Numbered from the stretch's first letter, positions 24,206 to 37,829 are shown. The stretch: DNA of 56,826 nucleotides from Prorocentrum cordatum (GCA_963575745.1 CAUYUJ010000063.1:62001-118826), one strand, 5' to 3'. Notes: generated from the letters alone by a model not told the origin. Numbers and translations: made by a program.

Positions 24206-25050
24206 CGAGTCAAACGTGTTACCTTTCGTCTTCACTTCTTGAGGAGCTCCCATAGGACAGTAAGCTCCTTTGACCCGCCTTGCGGCTGTCGTTGCCTCCT
24301 GTGCGGCATTCTTAGGAGTCCCGTGGGGCCGTCTTTGAGCCCTCTTATGCCGTCTTAGGGCCCTCTTCGGCAATTTTGGGGGGCTCACTTGGGCCATTTT
24401 GGGGCCCTCCCATCTTGGGTTCCTATTGGGGCGTCTTGAGTCGCCTTGGGGCCATCTTGGAGGCTTCTTGGGCCGTCTCGAGCTGACGGAAGCCCCCACA
24501 GGCGAGAAAGCGAGCATCCGTCAAAAACCGTTGGACGATGTTCGGTTTGGATTTCTCCGGGCCCTGCTTGGGGTCCTCTTGCAGCACCCCCGGGCACTCC
24601 TGGAGGCCTCGCGAGCCGTCTCGAGGCCATCTCGGGCCACACATTGGGTCCATGTGGGCCTCTGCTGCCTGCCTGGGCCGTCTCGGAAGCTCGGAACGCA
24701 GAACGCGGAGCCATCTGCTCAGAGCTGTCGTTTTCCCCGCGGCCTTTGTAGAGGGCCTGCGTGCTACAGGCGCGCCTGCCTCCCCTGCAGGGACGCCTGG
24801 GGCTCCCGGCGGCGGCGAAGTGTCGTTCGTTCGTTCGCTCGTGGCCTCGGGAGCGCGGACCCATCGCTGCTTCTACGGAGAGGCCGTGGCCTCGGGGAGG
24901 GGGGGGGGGAGTCTGCGGCGCTCTGCGGGCAGGGGGGGGTGGTGGCGTCCTGCAGGAGCCGGGGGGCCCCGCTAGAGAGCCATCGGCGTTCGTCCACGCT
25001 TCAATGTGCCAGGCAGGGTCAAGCAGTGGCGAAGCGTCGTGGCTCGCCTA

Positions 25051-25223
25051 TAGGCCCACCAAATAATGCTCTAAGAACCTTTTTTATGGTTTCCACGAAA
25101 TGTTCTTAGAACGTGTCTGGCTGGGACTGCCTTATTTTATCGCATCGGGCTTACGTTCTAAGAACACTGATTTTGTTTTTAGAGAACGTTTTTGGGTTCT
25201 AAGAGCATGTCGTGGTAGGCCTA
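25051..25223. mobile_element. MITE with TA ends and nested inverted repeats
   Basis: taggcccacca....atgctctaagaacc vs reverse complement of ggttctaagagcat....tggtaggccta; inner perfect 14-bp IR tgttcttagaacgt / acgttctaagaaca. Confidence 0.75.
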
Positions 25224-26469
25224 CAGAAAAGCCGGGACGGTCGGTCCCTGCTCAACAGGGGGTGCGGTGGCAGATATCGGAGCGCCCGTGCGCGTTTCCG
25301 CTTATTTCCGTGATGGAGCGATTGCAGCGTGGTTCACTGACAAAATGTAGCACCCCCCAACGCTTAGGCTGTGGTGCGTCGCTGTTGTTGATGTTTGTTG
25401 CTCATGCGGGCCAGAGTTATATCCACATTTACTGCGTCTTGGAGTTTTGGGCTCTCTCCCCCAGAACTGAGGCGCAGCGGATATGTATTAAAATCTGGCC
25501 CCCAAAGGCTCGACTGTTATCCATATCCAGTGCGCCTCGGCATTGCGGCACCCCTTCCCGAAAAGTCCAAGACGCTTTGGATATGGCTATGAGTATTGCC
25601 CGCAGTTCACCCCCCTCTCCCCCAACTCAAAAATTAAGATTGGCAACGCAGTTCGGTGGTGCAACGTCCGTCGATCGCTTGGGAAATACCTATAGTTCAC
25701 TCCTCCTTGCCGCGAACAGTAGATTGGGGGGAGGGAGGGACGAGTGTCGAAGCGTGCGTGCGCATACCAGCCCAGAGTTCAAGAAAACAGAACCATGGAT
25801 TCAGGCGCGTGGATTAGCGACGGGTCCCGTTTCGGTGCCGAATCGGCGCGCTCCGTCGACAATTCGGGCGGCGTTGGCCTCAGGTTCCCAAGGGTACTCT
25901 CCCCGATCCACGGGCCTGGCGCCCACGAGCCAGTTCTCGGATCCGTAATCCATGCCAGTGCGTCCGAAACGTGATGCAATATGACGCCGTGTGCGCAGGA
26001 GAGTGTCGTGACATGCTGCGCGTGAGAAGGGAACGTTGGCGATCACGTTGTTGCTCACTGTCGCCCGCTCTCCCCCAGGACTCCGGCAAGGGCGCGAAGA
26101 CAGCCGTGCTTCGCGTTAGAGGGTGGGGACTGCGTACCGCGCTTCGCGCGGCACGAAGCGCGAGATTCTAGCTATCTCTCGCTCTCTCTCTCTCTCTTTC
26201 TATCTCTCTTTCTCTTTCTCTCTCTCTCTCTAGCTGTCGGTCTGTCTGTCTGTCTGTCCTTTTGTCGGTATTTTCCTCCCTCTGTCTCTGTTTCTCTCTC
26301 TCTCTCTCCCTCTTTGCCTCTCTCATTGTTTATGGTTTGGTATTTTTTCCCTACCTAGGCTCTGCCTAGAAGGGTTCTTACTCTCTGGGCTTCAAGGGGC
26401 CAGGCAGTGGAAAGCGCCCCGGGCGGTTCCCCCAGTATCCGCCCCGCGGTTCCCCCAGTTACGTCCCCT

Positions 26470-27470
26470 TAGCTTAGCGTTGCTTATCTCATCTTAGCTT
26501 AGCTTACCTCATCTTAGCTTAGCTTAGCTTCATCCTAGCTCAGGTTTAGCTTAGTTTAGCTTACCTTCATCTTAGCTTCGCTGAGCTTTAGCAGAGCAGA
26601 GCAAAGCATAGCATAGCGTAGCATAGCATAGCGCAGCACAGCATGTCATAGCATAGCCCAGCATAGCATAGCATGGCGCAGCATAGCATGGCATAGCATA
26701 GCATAGCATAACATAGCGCAGCACAGCACAGCACAGTATAGCACAGCGCAGCATAGCATAGCATAGCAGAGCAGAGCAGAGCATAGCATAGCAGAGCAGC
26801 AAAGCAAAGGCAACGCAACAGCAGCGACAGCAAAGCAAAGCACAAGCAACGCAAAGCAAAATCAAGAGCAAAGCAAAATAACGGCAAACCAAAAGCAATG
26901 TGCGACAGATGCCGAGCTAGCCTCGATGGCCGGACCGGAGCCCCCGCAAGCAGTGCCTTCCGTAACCATTGCGGTTCAAGTCCGGAGGCCCTGCCACACA
27001 GCCGCCCACGCTCATGCATACATACATCTACATACATGCATACATACATACATCATGTATGCATGCATACCTCTACATGCATACATAAATACATTCATAC
27101 ATACATACATACATACACACATACATACAAACATACATACACACACATACATACATACATTATGTATACCTGCATACACACATACATGCATGCAGCCATA
27201 CTCTATATGCATGTATACATGATGTATGTATGCATGCATTCTTGCATACGTACATCATGCATACATGCACACATACATACATACATCTACACACATACAT
27301 ACATGCATGCATACATCCACATACATACATGCATACATACATGCATACACACCGCTATACATCTATACACATATACATGCATACATACATACATACATGC
27401 ATACATACATACATACGGACGTACGTACACACATACGCACATACATGCATACACACGTACGTACATACAT
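26470..27470. repeat. (CTTAG)n, (GCATA/GCAAA)n and (CATA)n microsatellites
   Basis: Direct reading. Confidence 0.95.
26960..26980 (+). promoter_or_regulatory. Degenerate DinoSL relic with no downstream gene
   Basis: CCGTAACCATTGCGGTTCAAG, 17/21 to DinoSL. Confidence 0.55.
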
Positions 27471-28858
27471 GATGATGTTTATGCACCACCTTCTTCGGCC
27501 CCTCTGGGGACCCTTCTCGTAGCCAGCGCTGCAGTCGCCTCGAGATTCTGGTCATGGGGGTGCCCGGGAGACCAGGGTTTGATTAGTGTTGTCGGTCTCT
27601 GTTTCGGTACAACGAGATATGTATGTTATCCTTGCATTCAGGACCCTCATTGAGGAGGCCCCGGGCCCCGCCTCACACGGCGCCCCCTCTCGGGATATCT
27701 CAAGAGGCCCTCCAGGGAAGCCCTGGCGAGAGTTCCATTTTGAAGGACGAGCCCCCCAAGCTGGGGCCAGGGCCGGGTCCAGACTCCCGGTTGTTGAGTA
27801 GATGCAGATGTAGATGTAGTCTCGTTGTTGATGTTGATGTAAATGTAGATGCAGGTGTAGATATTAATGTAGCTGTCGGTATAGATGTAGATGTTGCTCT
27901 CCTAGATGCTACAACTCCTAGGCAGGGTCGTTCTGGGATAATTCTTTGCTTATACATATAGATGTATGCAGACACGACCATACACATCTATCTATATATA
28001 TAGTATCCTTATTGCATGACACGGAAGACCCGCCCCCGGATGGGGGGGCACTTCATTCTAGGCTGTCCAGGAGCATTGGCGACGACCCCGAAAGAGTCTT
28101 CGAGGGCATCTCCCGGAATGTCCAGACAGCCCGCGAACACTCCTAGAACAAGCACAAACAGTCTCAAGACGGCTCAAGAGGCCCCCATGAAACGCTTCAG
28201 AACGGCCCAAGAGGCTCCCAAATGATTCCCAGACGGCCCCAGAAGCTTCCAACAGCCTCCAAGAGGTCCGTCAGGAAGGCCCAGGAGGGTCCAAATCGTT
28301 CATTTTCCATCCGTTTCAAAAGTCTGTCCTTCTTTTCCGCCTTCCGACTGCCCGAAGCGGCCCCAGGGGTCCCCAAACCCGCTCCAACATCGCCCAAGCA
28401 ACCTTCAAGATCGCCCGATGACGGCCCAAGAGGTCCTCAACACGGCCCCAGGACAGTTCCAAGACGGCCCATCCCAAGATAGCTTCTAACACGGAACTCA
28501 AACGCCCCAAGAGGGCTCCAGGTCAGCTTTGAGCGGCCACCCAAACAATTTCCGACGGCGTCAGACGAGTCAGGGCCCGCCTTACGACGGTCAAAAAGGC
28601 TTTCACGTGGCCCCCAGTGGCCCCCAACAGACCCAAGGAGCCCCAAGGCTCCTCTGAGATCTCCGGAAGGCCCTTTCGAGAGCACCCTGTTCTTTGCGCC
28701 TCTCTCGCTCCTCATCGCCCCCTTATCCCCACTCGTGTGGCTCAGACAACGTCATTTTCTTCGCCAGGCGGCGCTGCCCAAGCCACCCTTTCGCCTGCGT
28801 CGCTGCCATTTCCGTCGCATCCCCTCTCGTCTGTAGCCGCCCAGGCTCAGACGGCCCC

Positions 28859-29410
28859 ATGTTCTCTGGCTTCCGCAAAGTTGGTTCTGGAGCGTGGCTT
28901 CCCCCTGGCTCTGCAACTGCGTTCCTCACAGGCCTGCACTTCCGTCGCACACGTTGCACGCGTTGTGCTGGCGACGACGGTCAAACAGAGCAAGTCCACA
29001 GACGACCCGCCGGTCGTGGTCGACCCAGCGCCCCTGAGCTGCATTGCTCCTGTTGTGGCTTGGATCTCCCGCGTGGAAGTTTCAGCAACAAGCGAACCAA
29101 ACGGGCGGCTCGAAAATGTCGCACTTGCACAGCGAGCGCTCCCCAATCGTCTGACCAGACCCGTTCTCGACTGGAGAACACCTGCGATAATGCGGCCTCG
29201 CGGTGCCCAGTGACGTATTCGCCCACCACTAGCGGTCTGCAGCAGGAGTGCACCACGAAGGAGCGCCCACCCCCTGACGACGAACTTTTCGTGGTCGGCG
29301 GCGTGACGCGGATATGCCAGCGCTGTTCAGCGCGCCTGTTCCTTTGCAAGCCGTTCGCACTCTGCTGCAACAGCGGCAGATGGTCCGCTTCTTTTTTAAC
29401 GGCTTCTTTC
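28859..29410 (+). pseudogene. Helitron RepHel-like N-terminal fragment with Stc1-like zinc finger
   Basis: CSCCGLDLPRGSFSNKRTKRAARKCRTC (C-x2-C...FS...C-x2-C) and VGGVTRICQRCSARLF...ALCCNSGR resembling the Helitron G.M...C..C.A..F...CC..GK motif; SL-like ctgtagccgcccaggctcaga at 28831-28851 just before the ATG. Confidence 0.55.
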
Positions 29411-29580
29411 CAGTAGCCGACGATATGTTGAGGCGCGGCTTGTCAGCCCCGTCCTCCAGGGCAGGCGCGGAGTCCTCGGGAGGCTTCCCCTGCGCCTCGG
29501 CGTCGATCTCAATGGGATCAGCCAGGGGGGCGGAATTGCAGACAACTTCCGCGCAACCGGGGTCGACGCGAGTCGCGTGA
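29411..29580 (-). pseudogene. Continuation of the OTU-LINE ORF on the far side of the 17-kb insertion
   Basis: Minus-strand frame DPIEIDAEAQGKPPEDSAPALEDGADKPRLNISSA with GC3-rich codons; LNISSA resembles the first strand of an APE endonuclease; joins 46605 across the TSD with a 1-nt shift in a C-run. Confidence 0.55.
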
Positions 29581-29831
29581 GAGTCCCACCTGAAGGCCCT
29601 GGGTAGTTAGTAACAGTTAGCGGAACTTACAACTGTTGCTAACTGAGTTATAACTAGTTATATTTGGCCATTGTGAAGCTGTTTTTTCTATGTTTATGTT
29701 GTGTTTTTGCAACTCATGTAGTTGGAAACTGGGGCATCATGATTGGGCGCTTCGTCGATCTGAATCTGCTCAGACGGCCAGCAGAATTTGTTTTCCGTCC
29801 TGGGGCGAACGACGGTTCGCAGTGCATCATG

Positions 29832-30977
29832 CTAGCAACACCGCGATTTGTATTCTACTGGCCAAATACACGTGATGTCGTTCTCTATTTTCCTGTAAAC
29901 CACAGGAGCTCTCAGCGAGGTCAGAGGCATCAAAACAGGGTCTGAATCACCTAAAAAGATGTGTCTGGAAAACCCTTCAACGGCATTCACATGCTTAGTT
30001 GCAAGCTGCTGGACCAGCACCTGCGACTCGCCATCGTCGCATTTCACGTGGAACCACACTTGCACTGCTGCATGCATTCCGCCCGACCCCAGAAGTACAA
30101 TATCACCGCGCCTGATGCGGCCGTAATCTGCGTTGGCTTCGATGCTGGAGACGGCTGTCTGCGTCCCAGGGCACATGCGTTTCAACGAATTCAGCAACTT
30201 CTGCGTTGCGTTCGTTGGGTCGACTAAGCCAGTTGAAACACGCATGGTCTTTAAATCGTGCGCGTGCTGCGCAGTGAGTTGGACCATGAGAGCCTTCTCT
30301 AGCCCCTTCTTGCTCATGTAATCTTTGGCGAAAAATTTTACGAATTTGTGCTTGCGTTCCTGGACAAAGCAACTGAGTGACCCATGTTTTTTTTTCAAAC
30401 ACATCTGGCAAACGGGTTGCCATATGGTGCCGATACCCCCAATAGCTTCACCATATGCGTCCTCACCGAAGATGCTTCACCATCGCTGGCTCTATCTGCG
30501 CGGTTGTGACTGGAAGCCGCCGCGCCGCCGCGATGATGAAGCCAACGGCATCTTGCAGCGCCGGCGCGCTTGCGATCTGGGGGGGGGGGGGGCACTAGAT
30601 CCGACGAAGGACGCTCGGCAATCACTTGCCGAATATACCTACGCAAAACAGGCAACGTTGAGAGCTCCTCTGAAGCACTTGCTTGGAGCTCACCAGTCTC
30701 CCATGCAGTTGCGGCTGAGTGGCGTTTACTCGGCCGCGCCCAGTTCATGAAATACGCATGCAAACCGCTTGCATCACACAAATGCTTGAACTGCGCATGC
30801 CCTAGAAGTGCTCTTACTTCTCCGTCGGATATACCAGCCGCGAAATAAATATGCACCCAGTCAAAGCAAACTAATGACGCAGGGAGATATCGCGAAACTG
30901 GGCCCAGCGCTATGTGTTCGGGGTGGAGGTTCCATCCTTTGTGCTGTGTGATGGTCGCGTGCTGCCCCTCCGAAAAC

Positions 30978-31009
<32 letters not shown>

Positions 31010-31954
31010 CGCTGAAATTTATCCCAATCGGGCCGAATTCGTTCCAGGATCGCGATGATTGTCGCGTCGTAGTTTCTGCGGATCTTGGACGCATCCAAAC
31101 GCGCGTCTGTCACAAAGATACCAGATGCATCATAAGGAAGGTAATCGAACTTTCTGTTCAGGACGTCGCGACATAACGCGCAGGGCTTGGAACCAGCGTG
31201 CTTTTTATTCATGCGTAGTTCCCGCGGTGCCTCTGCGCCCCCTATGGCGCACGACAGTTGCGCGACGATCGTCGCGTGCGGCGTTGCGTCGCCGTTCTCT
31301 GACACGTCTAACGCAACGCCGCTCGTTTCAAAACTGAAGCCACCAGCATTTCTTTTTTATAGAAAAAGCAACTTCTTTGAGGATCATCTGGGTGATCTGC
31401 CCGATGCCACCTGGCATGCTTTCTATTTTTGCGCACCGCGCAATGCTAAGCGTGAACCGCGCATCTTCGTTGCCCGAGGACTCGTCGAACTCAGCGAACG
31501 ACCAGTAGACAGCATCAACCCCCCGATAACCTTTTCCTTTCGCCAGGGGTTCTCGCGGTGAAATACCATCGAAATATATAATGATGTGCCGCGGCGACGC
31601 CAAGCTGCGCGGGCGCGCCTGGCGAGAGCGGCGAAGCAGCTCCCTGACTGGAGCGCTAGCCTTGCAGCAGGAATGCAAAACTGGCCCAGGACAGCACGCC
31701 CAGTTCTCGAAATGTCTACCACTCTCCAAAGGCGTGTCGATGCAACGCAAGACATTCCCATGTGCATTCGGCTCTTTGGCAATGACGTTTTCGTCTGCCC
31801 TGTATTGTGAGCTCCGTGAAATATTCTCGGGCAACCCATGGTCTCGCACATATTTTAGGACACCCGCCAGTGCGCGCTGTGACAGGCATGGGCCCCTGTG
31901 GAGCTCCACCAGCGCCTCATCCGCCCTGCGGCGCCTGACGGAGGACGCGGCCAT
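29832..31954 (-). pseudogene. CMC/EnSpm/Plavaka-like DDE transposase, frameshifted
   Basis: Collinear motifs over 4 ORF pieces: IIIYFDGISP...AVYWSFAEF; IGGAEA...KKHAGSKPCALC; WVHIYFAAG; SCFVQERKHK. ATG at 31954 with SL relic 31957-31977. Confidence 0.7.
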
Positions 31955-32471
31955 GTTTTGAGCCCAAATGTGTACATGCTCGATGACGATGTCAGTGCGC
32001 GTCATAGGGTGCATGCGTCGTGTTACGGTAAGGGCACGCTGCATGATGCAGCTGAATGCAGTGAGACGATAGATCACAACAGAAGTGCACGTTGCATATC
32101 GATGCATATGGCATGATACGGTGTCGCCTCAGAAGCACCTGTAGGTGCATAGTAATGCATATGACGTGCGACGGTAGCTCGCATCAGAAGGGGATGTTGC
32201 GCATTGATGCATGTGACCTGCGATGTAAAGATCGCAACAGACTTGTGTTTTCGACATGCGTTGCAACAACATACAAACAAGAGCGAGTTTGCCGATGCGG
32301 CACCGCACCCCGCAGCTGCGATGCGAGCTCACAACCCCAATGGTCCTCATCATCCCCCTGGTTCTCCTCGTCGGTATGTTCCTTCTCCGCTTCCTCATAC
32401 TCGCCCCCCTCATCATCTTTCACGCCCCCCTCCTCCTCGCCCTCGCCCCCCCCCCCCCCCGCGTCGAGCGC

Positions 32472-33864
32472 CTAACGCTTGGCGTCGATCCACGCCAGCG
32501 CCGCGCGCCAAGCCTCAGCGCGATTCATCGTCGCATCGCTGTCAAAGCGGAGGCGCCGATCTGCCCGCCCCACAACGGCCCTGAACAACTTCTGAGAAGG
32601 CTTGTAAATCACGTAGCCGCACCTGCACGGCGCGTTGCGCTCGCTAGTCGGCGGCTTGGGCAGCGCGGCGGGCGTCGGCGCGGCAGCTGCGTGTCGCAGC
32701 ATGGCAGGGGGCCTCGCTTTCTTCATTACCACTGTAAGTGTAGCGTCGTCGTCTGCTCCCTCGGTGTCACCGACGCCTTCAGTAGCCGCGGAGGGGCGCT
32801 TCTCCGTTGTGGCGGCTTTGGCCTTGGTGGAGAGGATTGCCCTGAGCTTGTCCTCTTCGTCGGATAGGTCTGCTTCCTCTGGCGGCACCTTCGCCTGATC
32901 AGGACTAGGCGACACCGCCGCCATATCAGGCTGCGGCTCCTCGCGCGGCGGGAGCTTTGGTTTCGGGGGTTCCAGCTCCACGCGCGGCCGCGCAGGCGGC
33001 GCGGGCGACCTGAGAGCCGCGGTCGCCGAGTTGGCGAAGAGCGCCGCGGCCAGCGGTGCACCGAACAGGGCCTGCATGACTTGCAACTGCCCGCCAGCCG
33101 TAGGGTCTGGGGCTGTCATTGGGGGCGCTGCATATGCAGGCGTGGCCTTCGCTGCGCGGCGCCTGCTCGACTTCCTCGCGCTGTCGGGCGCGTCCGCCCG
33201 GATATCCTCCAAGGCGGGCCCCTCGTCCCTGTAAGCCGCTTTCCACCGCGGCTCCGCCGACATGTCCGCGACGCGGCCGAAGTCCCGCACCGTGGCGTAC
33301 CCGAGCGCGGACCAACCTTTGCACGTGATGGCCTGAGAGATAGCACTCTCCACTTCCCCGAGGAGCCTGAGCCAATCGCCCCCCTGCCCCTTCCCGCTGC
33401 CACGCGCCGCGAGCGCGGCCATCTTGCCCTTGCAGCTCTCGGAGAGCGCGCGGGCGCCGATCAACTTGCACCGAGCGGCGACCAGGCGTACACACGCCTT
33501 CTCACTCAGGCCGCCGCTCTTCAGCTATTTTACCTCGCTCGCTGTGAAGACCCTCGAGGCAAAGCTAATATCTTGCCACTGCTTGGGCCCGCCTGGCATT
33601 GGCAACATGCCTGTCTTGGCCCCGACGCTCTGGCACAAGCGTGCGCTGTTCTGGTGTCCAATTGTTCAGCGAGCACTCCCTGATTGTTTTCACCAGGGCT
33701 GTCGCCTCGTCAGTAGTGATCTGGTACAGGTTGCTGATCTTCATGAGGAGGCTGTCGCACTGGTGCTGGGCCACGGCTGATGGGCACAGGCCACGCTGGA
33801 CCTGCGTGGCGACCCACTCGGCCATGTGCGACAGTTCCGCACGAAGGTTGGAGACTGTCGTCAT
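32472..33864 (-). pseudogene. Element-borne protein with C-terminal AP2-like DNA-binding region, frameshifted
   Basis: MTTVSNLRAELSHMAEW... joins ...ARCKLIGARALSESC...; C-terminus GYVIYKPSQKLFRAVVGRADRRLRF...AEAWRAALAWID (3 strands + helix); SL relic 33900-33920. Confidence 0.55.
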
Positions 33865-34809
33865 CCCCGAGAGAAACTCGCGCCTCGCGACAGCTCGCGA
33901 TCGAGCCAGAATGGCTATGTACGCGAAGAGGTATGCAACCCGTTCCAGGTGGCAAACTCGCATCCGACACAAATCTTCAATGCGTCGGGTATTGCAAGTA
34001 GGCATCAGTTGATGTCGAGTTCTCGTTTCGAATATAGACCACACGCGCCCGCGTCGCATGCAACCATCGCATATATGACAATGCAAGTGTTGCCGCGGCG
34101 CGTGCCCCCGCCAGCCCATCCGATTCGAACGAAGAGCGCAGATCACCAGCAGTTGTTATCATCATACGTCTCATCCACATGTTCGTTAAGCGCGCGCGCG
34201 GCGCTCCGCCCGCGCGCGCTGGCGCCGGGGGGAAGGTCCAAGACGTGTCTTGTGGCCGCCTTGGAAGACATCAAAGAACTGGTGTTCCTGACTTAGCCCT
34301 GTCCCCCCCCCCCCCCCCTCGGGGCCATCCCAAAATCGTTTCTTGGAGCGCGCCTGGGCCGCTCTCGGAGCGTTCTTGGGCGCCATCGGTGCAGCCTTGG
34401 GGCTCTGTATGCGGTTTCTCTTGGGGCTATAGCTGTGCCATCTAACAGATATCGTGGGGCTGCGGGTGACCGCATGACGCGAAAAGGCGGAAACGCCTAA
34501 CACCATGAATTTCATTCAGGGCGCGAAGAATTATAATAGTAGTCGGAGGAGGAGCAGCGGCAGCAGCAGCAGTAGGAGGACAATGATGAGGAGGGGCGAA
34601 GAAGGAAGAGGAGGAGGATGAGGATGAGGAGGGAGGAGGGAGGAGGAGGGGGGAGGAGGGGGGAGGGAGTAGGAATATGAGGATGAGGAGGAGGAGGAGG
34701 AAGAGGAGCCTGCGTTATCATACCGCAATCTTCATCACAGAATCAACTTGCATTGTTGCATGCAGTTTTTTTTTCTGCAATCAATGCGCACCCCTCGATC
34801 CGTCGGGCC

Positions 34810-35290
34810 CTAGAGTGCCTCGCGCTCGCGGTGCGCCAGCTCAGTCAAGGCCCGTGCGTGGGCCGCGTCCGCATCATCTTTGTCGAGCAGCGCGTTCATC
34901 CACGCGTCCTTGCTCCTCGCAAACTCCCTGATCATCGTCTCTGCCCATCGGGCGGCGACGACCGAACGACGGCGCGGGGGGGGGGGGGGGCGCGGGGCGG
35001 GGGGGGATGGCGTCACCGATGTTGTCATTTAATAGGGGGGGCGGGCTCGAAGGCCCACCCTGGGGGGGGGAGGGGGGCCTCGAAAGGCCCTGCAGGGTCC
35101 GAAAGCAATGTGTTGCTGTTAGCCATAGATCACCCGCCCTCTCCTCAGCCTGCGTCACTGTCGCTTTGGTCTGCTTCGCCGCCGCCCTGGCAATCTTCGC
35201 TGCCTGCTTGCTTTCCTGTTTGGCGTCGCCTCCCGCAACTCAAACCGCACCTGCGCCTCCATCGCGAGCATCTTCGCGGATTTTCCAATG
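34810..35290 (-). pseudogene. Degraded helical/coiled-coil ORF within the element
   Basis: Pieces AKQESKQAAKIARAAAKQTKATVTQAEERAGDLW and RWAETMIREFARSKDAWMNALLDKDD broken at homopolymer runs. Confidence 0.3.
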
Positions 35291-35555
35291 GGCGCGTGGA
35301 CCGCAGATGAGGGGCGCGTGTACCACGCGTGAACAGTTTTGCAAAGGTCGGCGAGTGAACCACAAATCCTACTGACGGTTTGCCAAACGTTCGGCCCCGA
35401 CATCGTTGGCGACATGTAGTGTAGGTGTGATTGACTGGGGGGCGCGAGAGATGTGAACAGAAGGAGGGTTGGGATACGGAGGTGGCTGAGGGTGGACATG
35501 CAACGGCAGCGCCCTCTCACGACGTCGATGTGGCTGGGTGTGTGTGTGTGGTGGT

Positions 35556-35608
<53 letters not shown>

Positions 35609-36368
35609 GCGTGTGCGTGTGCGTGCGTGCGTGTGTGTGGAGGGTGGGTGGGTGTGCGTGTGCGTGTGCGTGTGCGTGTGCGTGCGTGTGTGTGTGTGGA
35701 GGGTGGGTGGGTGGGTGGGTGGGTAGGGCAGTGATGTGTGACCATCTGGTTAGCGCTCATGGCACGTGACCGCGCCGCAGCCGAGTTGGCTGAGAGTTGA
35801 GCACGCAGCGCGTAAGCTGCGGCGCGCGTGCGTGCGCGACTACGCCTGCCGCGTCAGCCCGCTTGAAGGCGCTGCGCGCCAAGCACCGCAAGGAGGGCGC
35901 GGATTATTTCAACGAAAGGTTGAACGCCTTGGTCAAGCACGCGCAGCGTTGCCAGAAGATATATCCAAATCCGCCGACCACAAGGCAGCCGTATCATGTA
36001 TGACATGGTGCAAGTGGTTGCAATTCATTCGCGTCGAAAGACGCGCTTGTTCTAGCATAGACGTTTAGGCATCGCCCAATGCAGTTGTATGCGTGATCGG
36101 TTGCGTTGAAACGCATTGCAAGCGGTTGCAGGCAGCTCGCGTCGAAAAGGCGCGCTTGTGATACTGCGGGGGGGGGGGGGGGGGGAGGGGCGTTGAGGCA
36201 GCGCCCAATGCAGTTGCATGCGCGTTCGGTTGCGTTGAAACGCACATATGCATTAACATAATGTCAGGATGTGTAATCGGTTGTGCAATGACTTGTCGGT
36301 GCGACTGTGGTTGCATGCTCTTCATCGGCTGGGCGAACGGTCGTGCTTGGCAACGGCGTGTCAACGCC

Positions 36369-36599
36369 ATGTCTGAACCCCCGCCCATGCCCGCTCGAAA
36401 AGCAGCAGCTGCATTCAAGAAGCTGGAGAAGATCGTGAAGAAGGCGGAGCGCGCCGCGGATGCGTTCACGATGCTCTTGGGTGATGCCAAGAGGTGCAAG
36501 GGTGCGGTTGATCGGGCGAAGGGTCGCCTTGTGGAGGCAGGTGCTGCCGATCGCGCGCGGGGGCGCAAGGCCGTGGGCACCGGTGGGCGCGCCGCCTGA
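36369..36599 (+). CDS. Small basic helical protein (76 aa), hypothetical
   Basis: MSEPPPMPARKAAAAFKKLEKIVKKAERAADAF...; K/R/A-rich with GC3-biased codons. Confidence 0.35.
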   Translation: MSEPPPMPARKAAAAFKKLEKIVKKAERAADAFTMLLGDAKRCKGAVDRAKGRLVEAGAADRARGRKAVGTGGRAA

Positions 36600-37829
36600 T
36601 TGTGGGTGTCGGGGCGTACTTAGATGCAGGCTCGCTGGGGCGTTGCGTGCATGCGCATATATGTGAGCCTTCAGATTGCCGTTGCCGCCTGTCGCGTGAA
36701 CCAGCGCCCTGCGGGGGGAACGAGGAGAAGATTGCGAAGGAGGGCGATGGGAAGGATGAATCTGATGAGGGGGGTGACGCGGAGGAGGCGAAGGAAACGG
36801 AGGAGGAGGACGAGGAGGATAATGGCGAGGGGGAGAGGGGGGGGGAGAAGGAGGAGGAGGAGGAGGAGGAGGAGGAGGAGAAGGAGGAGGAGGAGGAGGA
36901 GGCGTCGCCCCCGCCGTCGCCACCGCCGCCGTCGAACCCGTCGCCGCCAACTCGTCGCCGCCAACTCGTCGCCGCCGCCGTCGCTCTCGTCGCCGCCAAC
37001 TCGTCGTCGCCGCGGCCGTCGTCGCCAGAGTCGCCGCCATCGTCGTCGCTCAATCGTGGTCGCCAGCGTCGCCGACATCGTCGTCGCTCAGTCGTCGCTC
37101 AATCGTGGTCGTCACTGTGGCCGCCGCCGTCAATCGCGGTCGCCATTGCGTCGTCAATCGTGGTCGTCACTGCGGTCAGACGACGACGCAGGCGATGGCG
37201 TCGACAGCGACGACGGCGACGGCAGGAACGACGGCGACGACGTCGACGACGGCTGCGACAACGACGACGCAGGCGACAGGAGGGGGAGAATGATGAGGAG
37301 GAAGAGGAGGAAGAGGAGGAGGGGGAGGAGGAGGGGGAGGGGGAGCGGGAAGAAGAGGAGAAGGAGGACGATGATAAGGAGGGGGGGAGAGGGGAGGGAG
37401 GGGGAGGAGGGGGAGGATGAGGATGAGGAGGAGGGGGGGCCTCCCCCTCCTTCTCCTCCTCCGCCTCCTCCTCCTCCTTCTCCTGAACCTCCTCCTCCTC
37501 TCCTCCCCCTTCTCCTCGTTCTCACTCGCGCCGCGCTCGCCGCCCCACCGCGCCCTCGTCCTGATCGCCATTCGCCCTCGCCCACCCCCATCATGCGCCC
37601 CTCCCTGCCCCCCCTCTATCCCTCCCACCGCCCCTCCCTCACTCAGCGAAGATGGCGACGACTGAGATACTTTTACCAAGAAGATGGCCAGCGCGACTCA
37701 GCGGTTCGCGCCGACAAGTCATTCTAGGAACGCGTCGACCACGGGCGAGAGGGAAGCCATCCTGACCTGCGTGCTAGAACTTGATGCCCCAGGACCGAAC
37801 AATTCTGAACATGAGCTCAAGCCCCCGGC

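Noticed and set aside
26470..26590. Telomeric repeat
   Set aside because: The unit is CTTAG, not TTTAGGG/TTAGGG, and it is internal among other microsatellites.
26572..27653. Cys-rich or His/Tyr-rich ORFs (also 49597-50585)
   Set aside because: Translations of penta- and tetranucleotide microsatellites.
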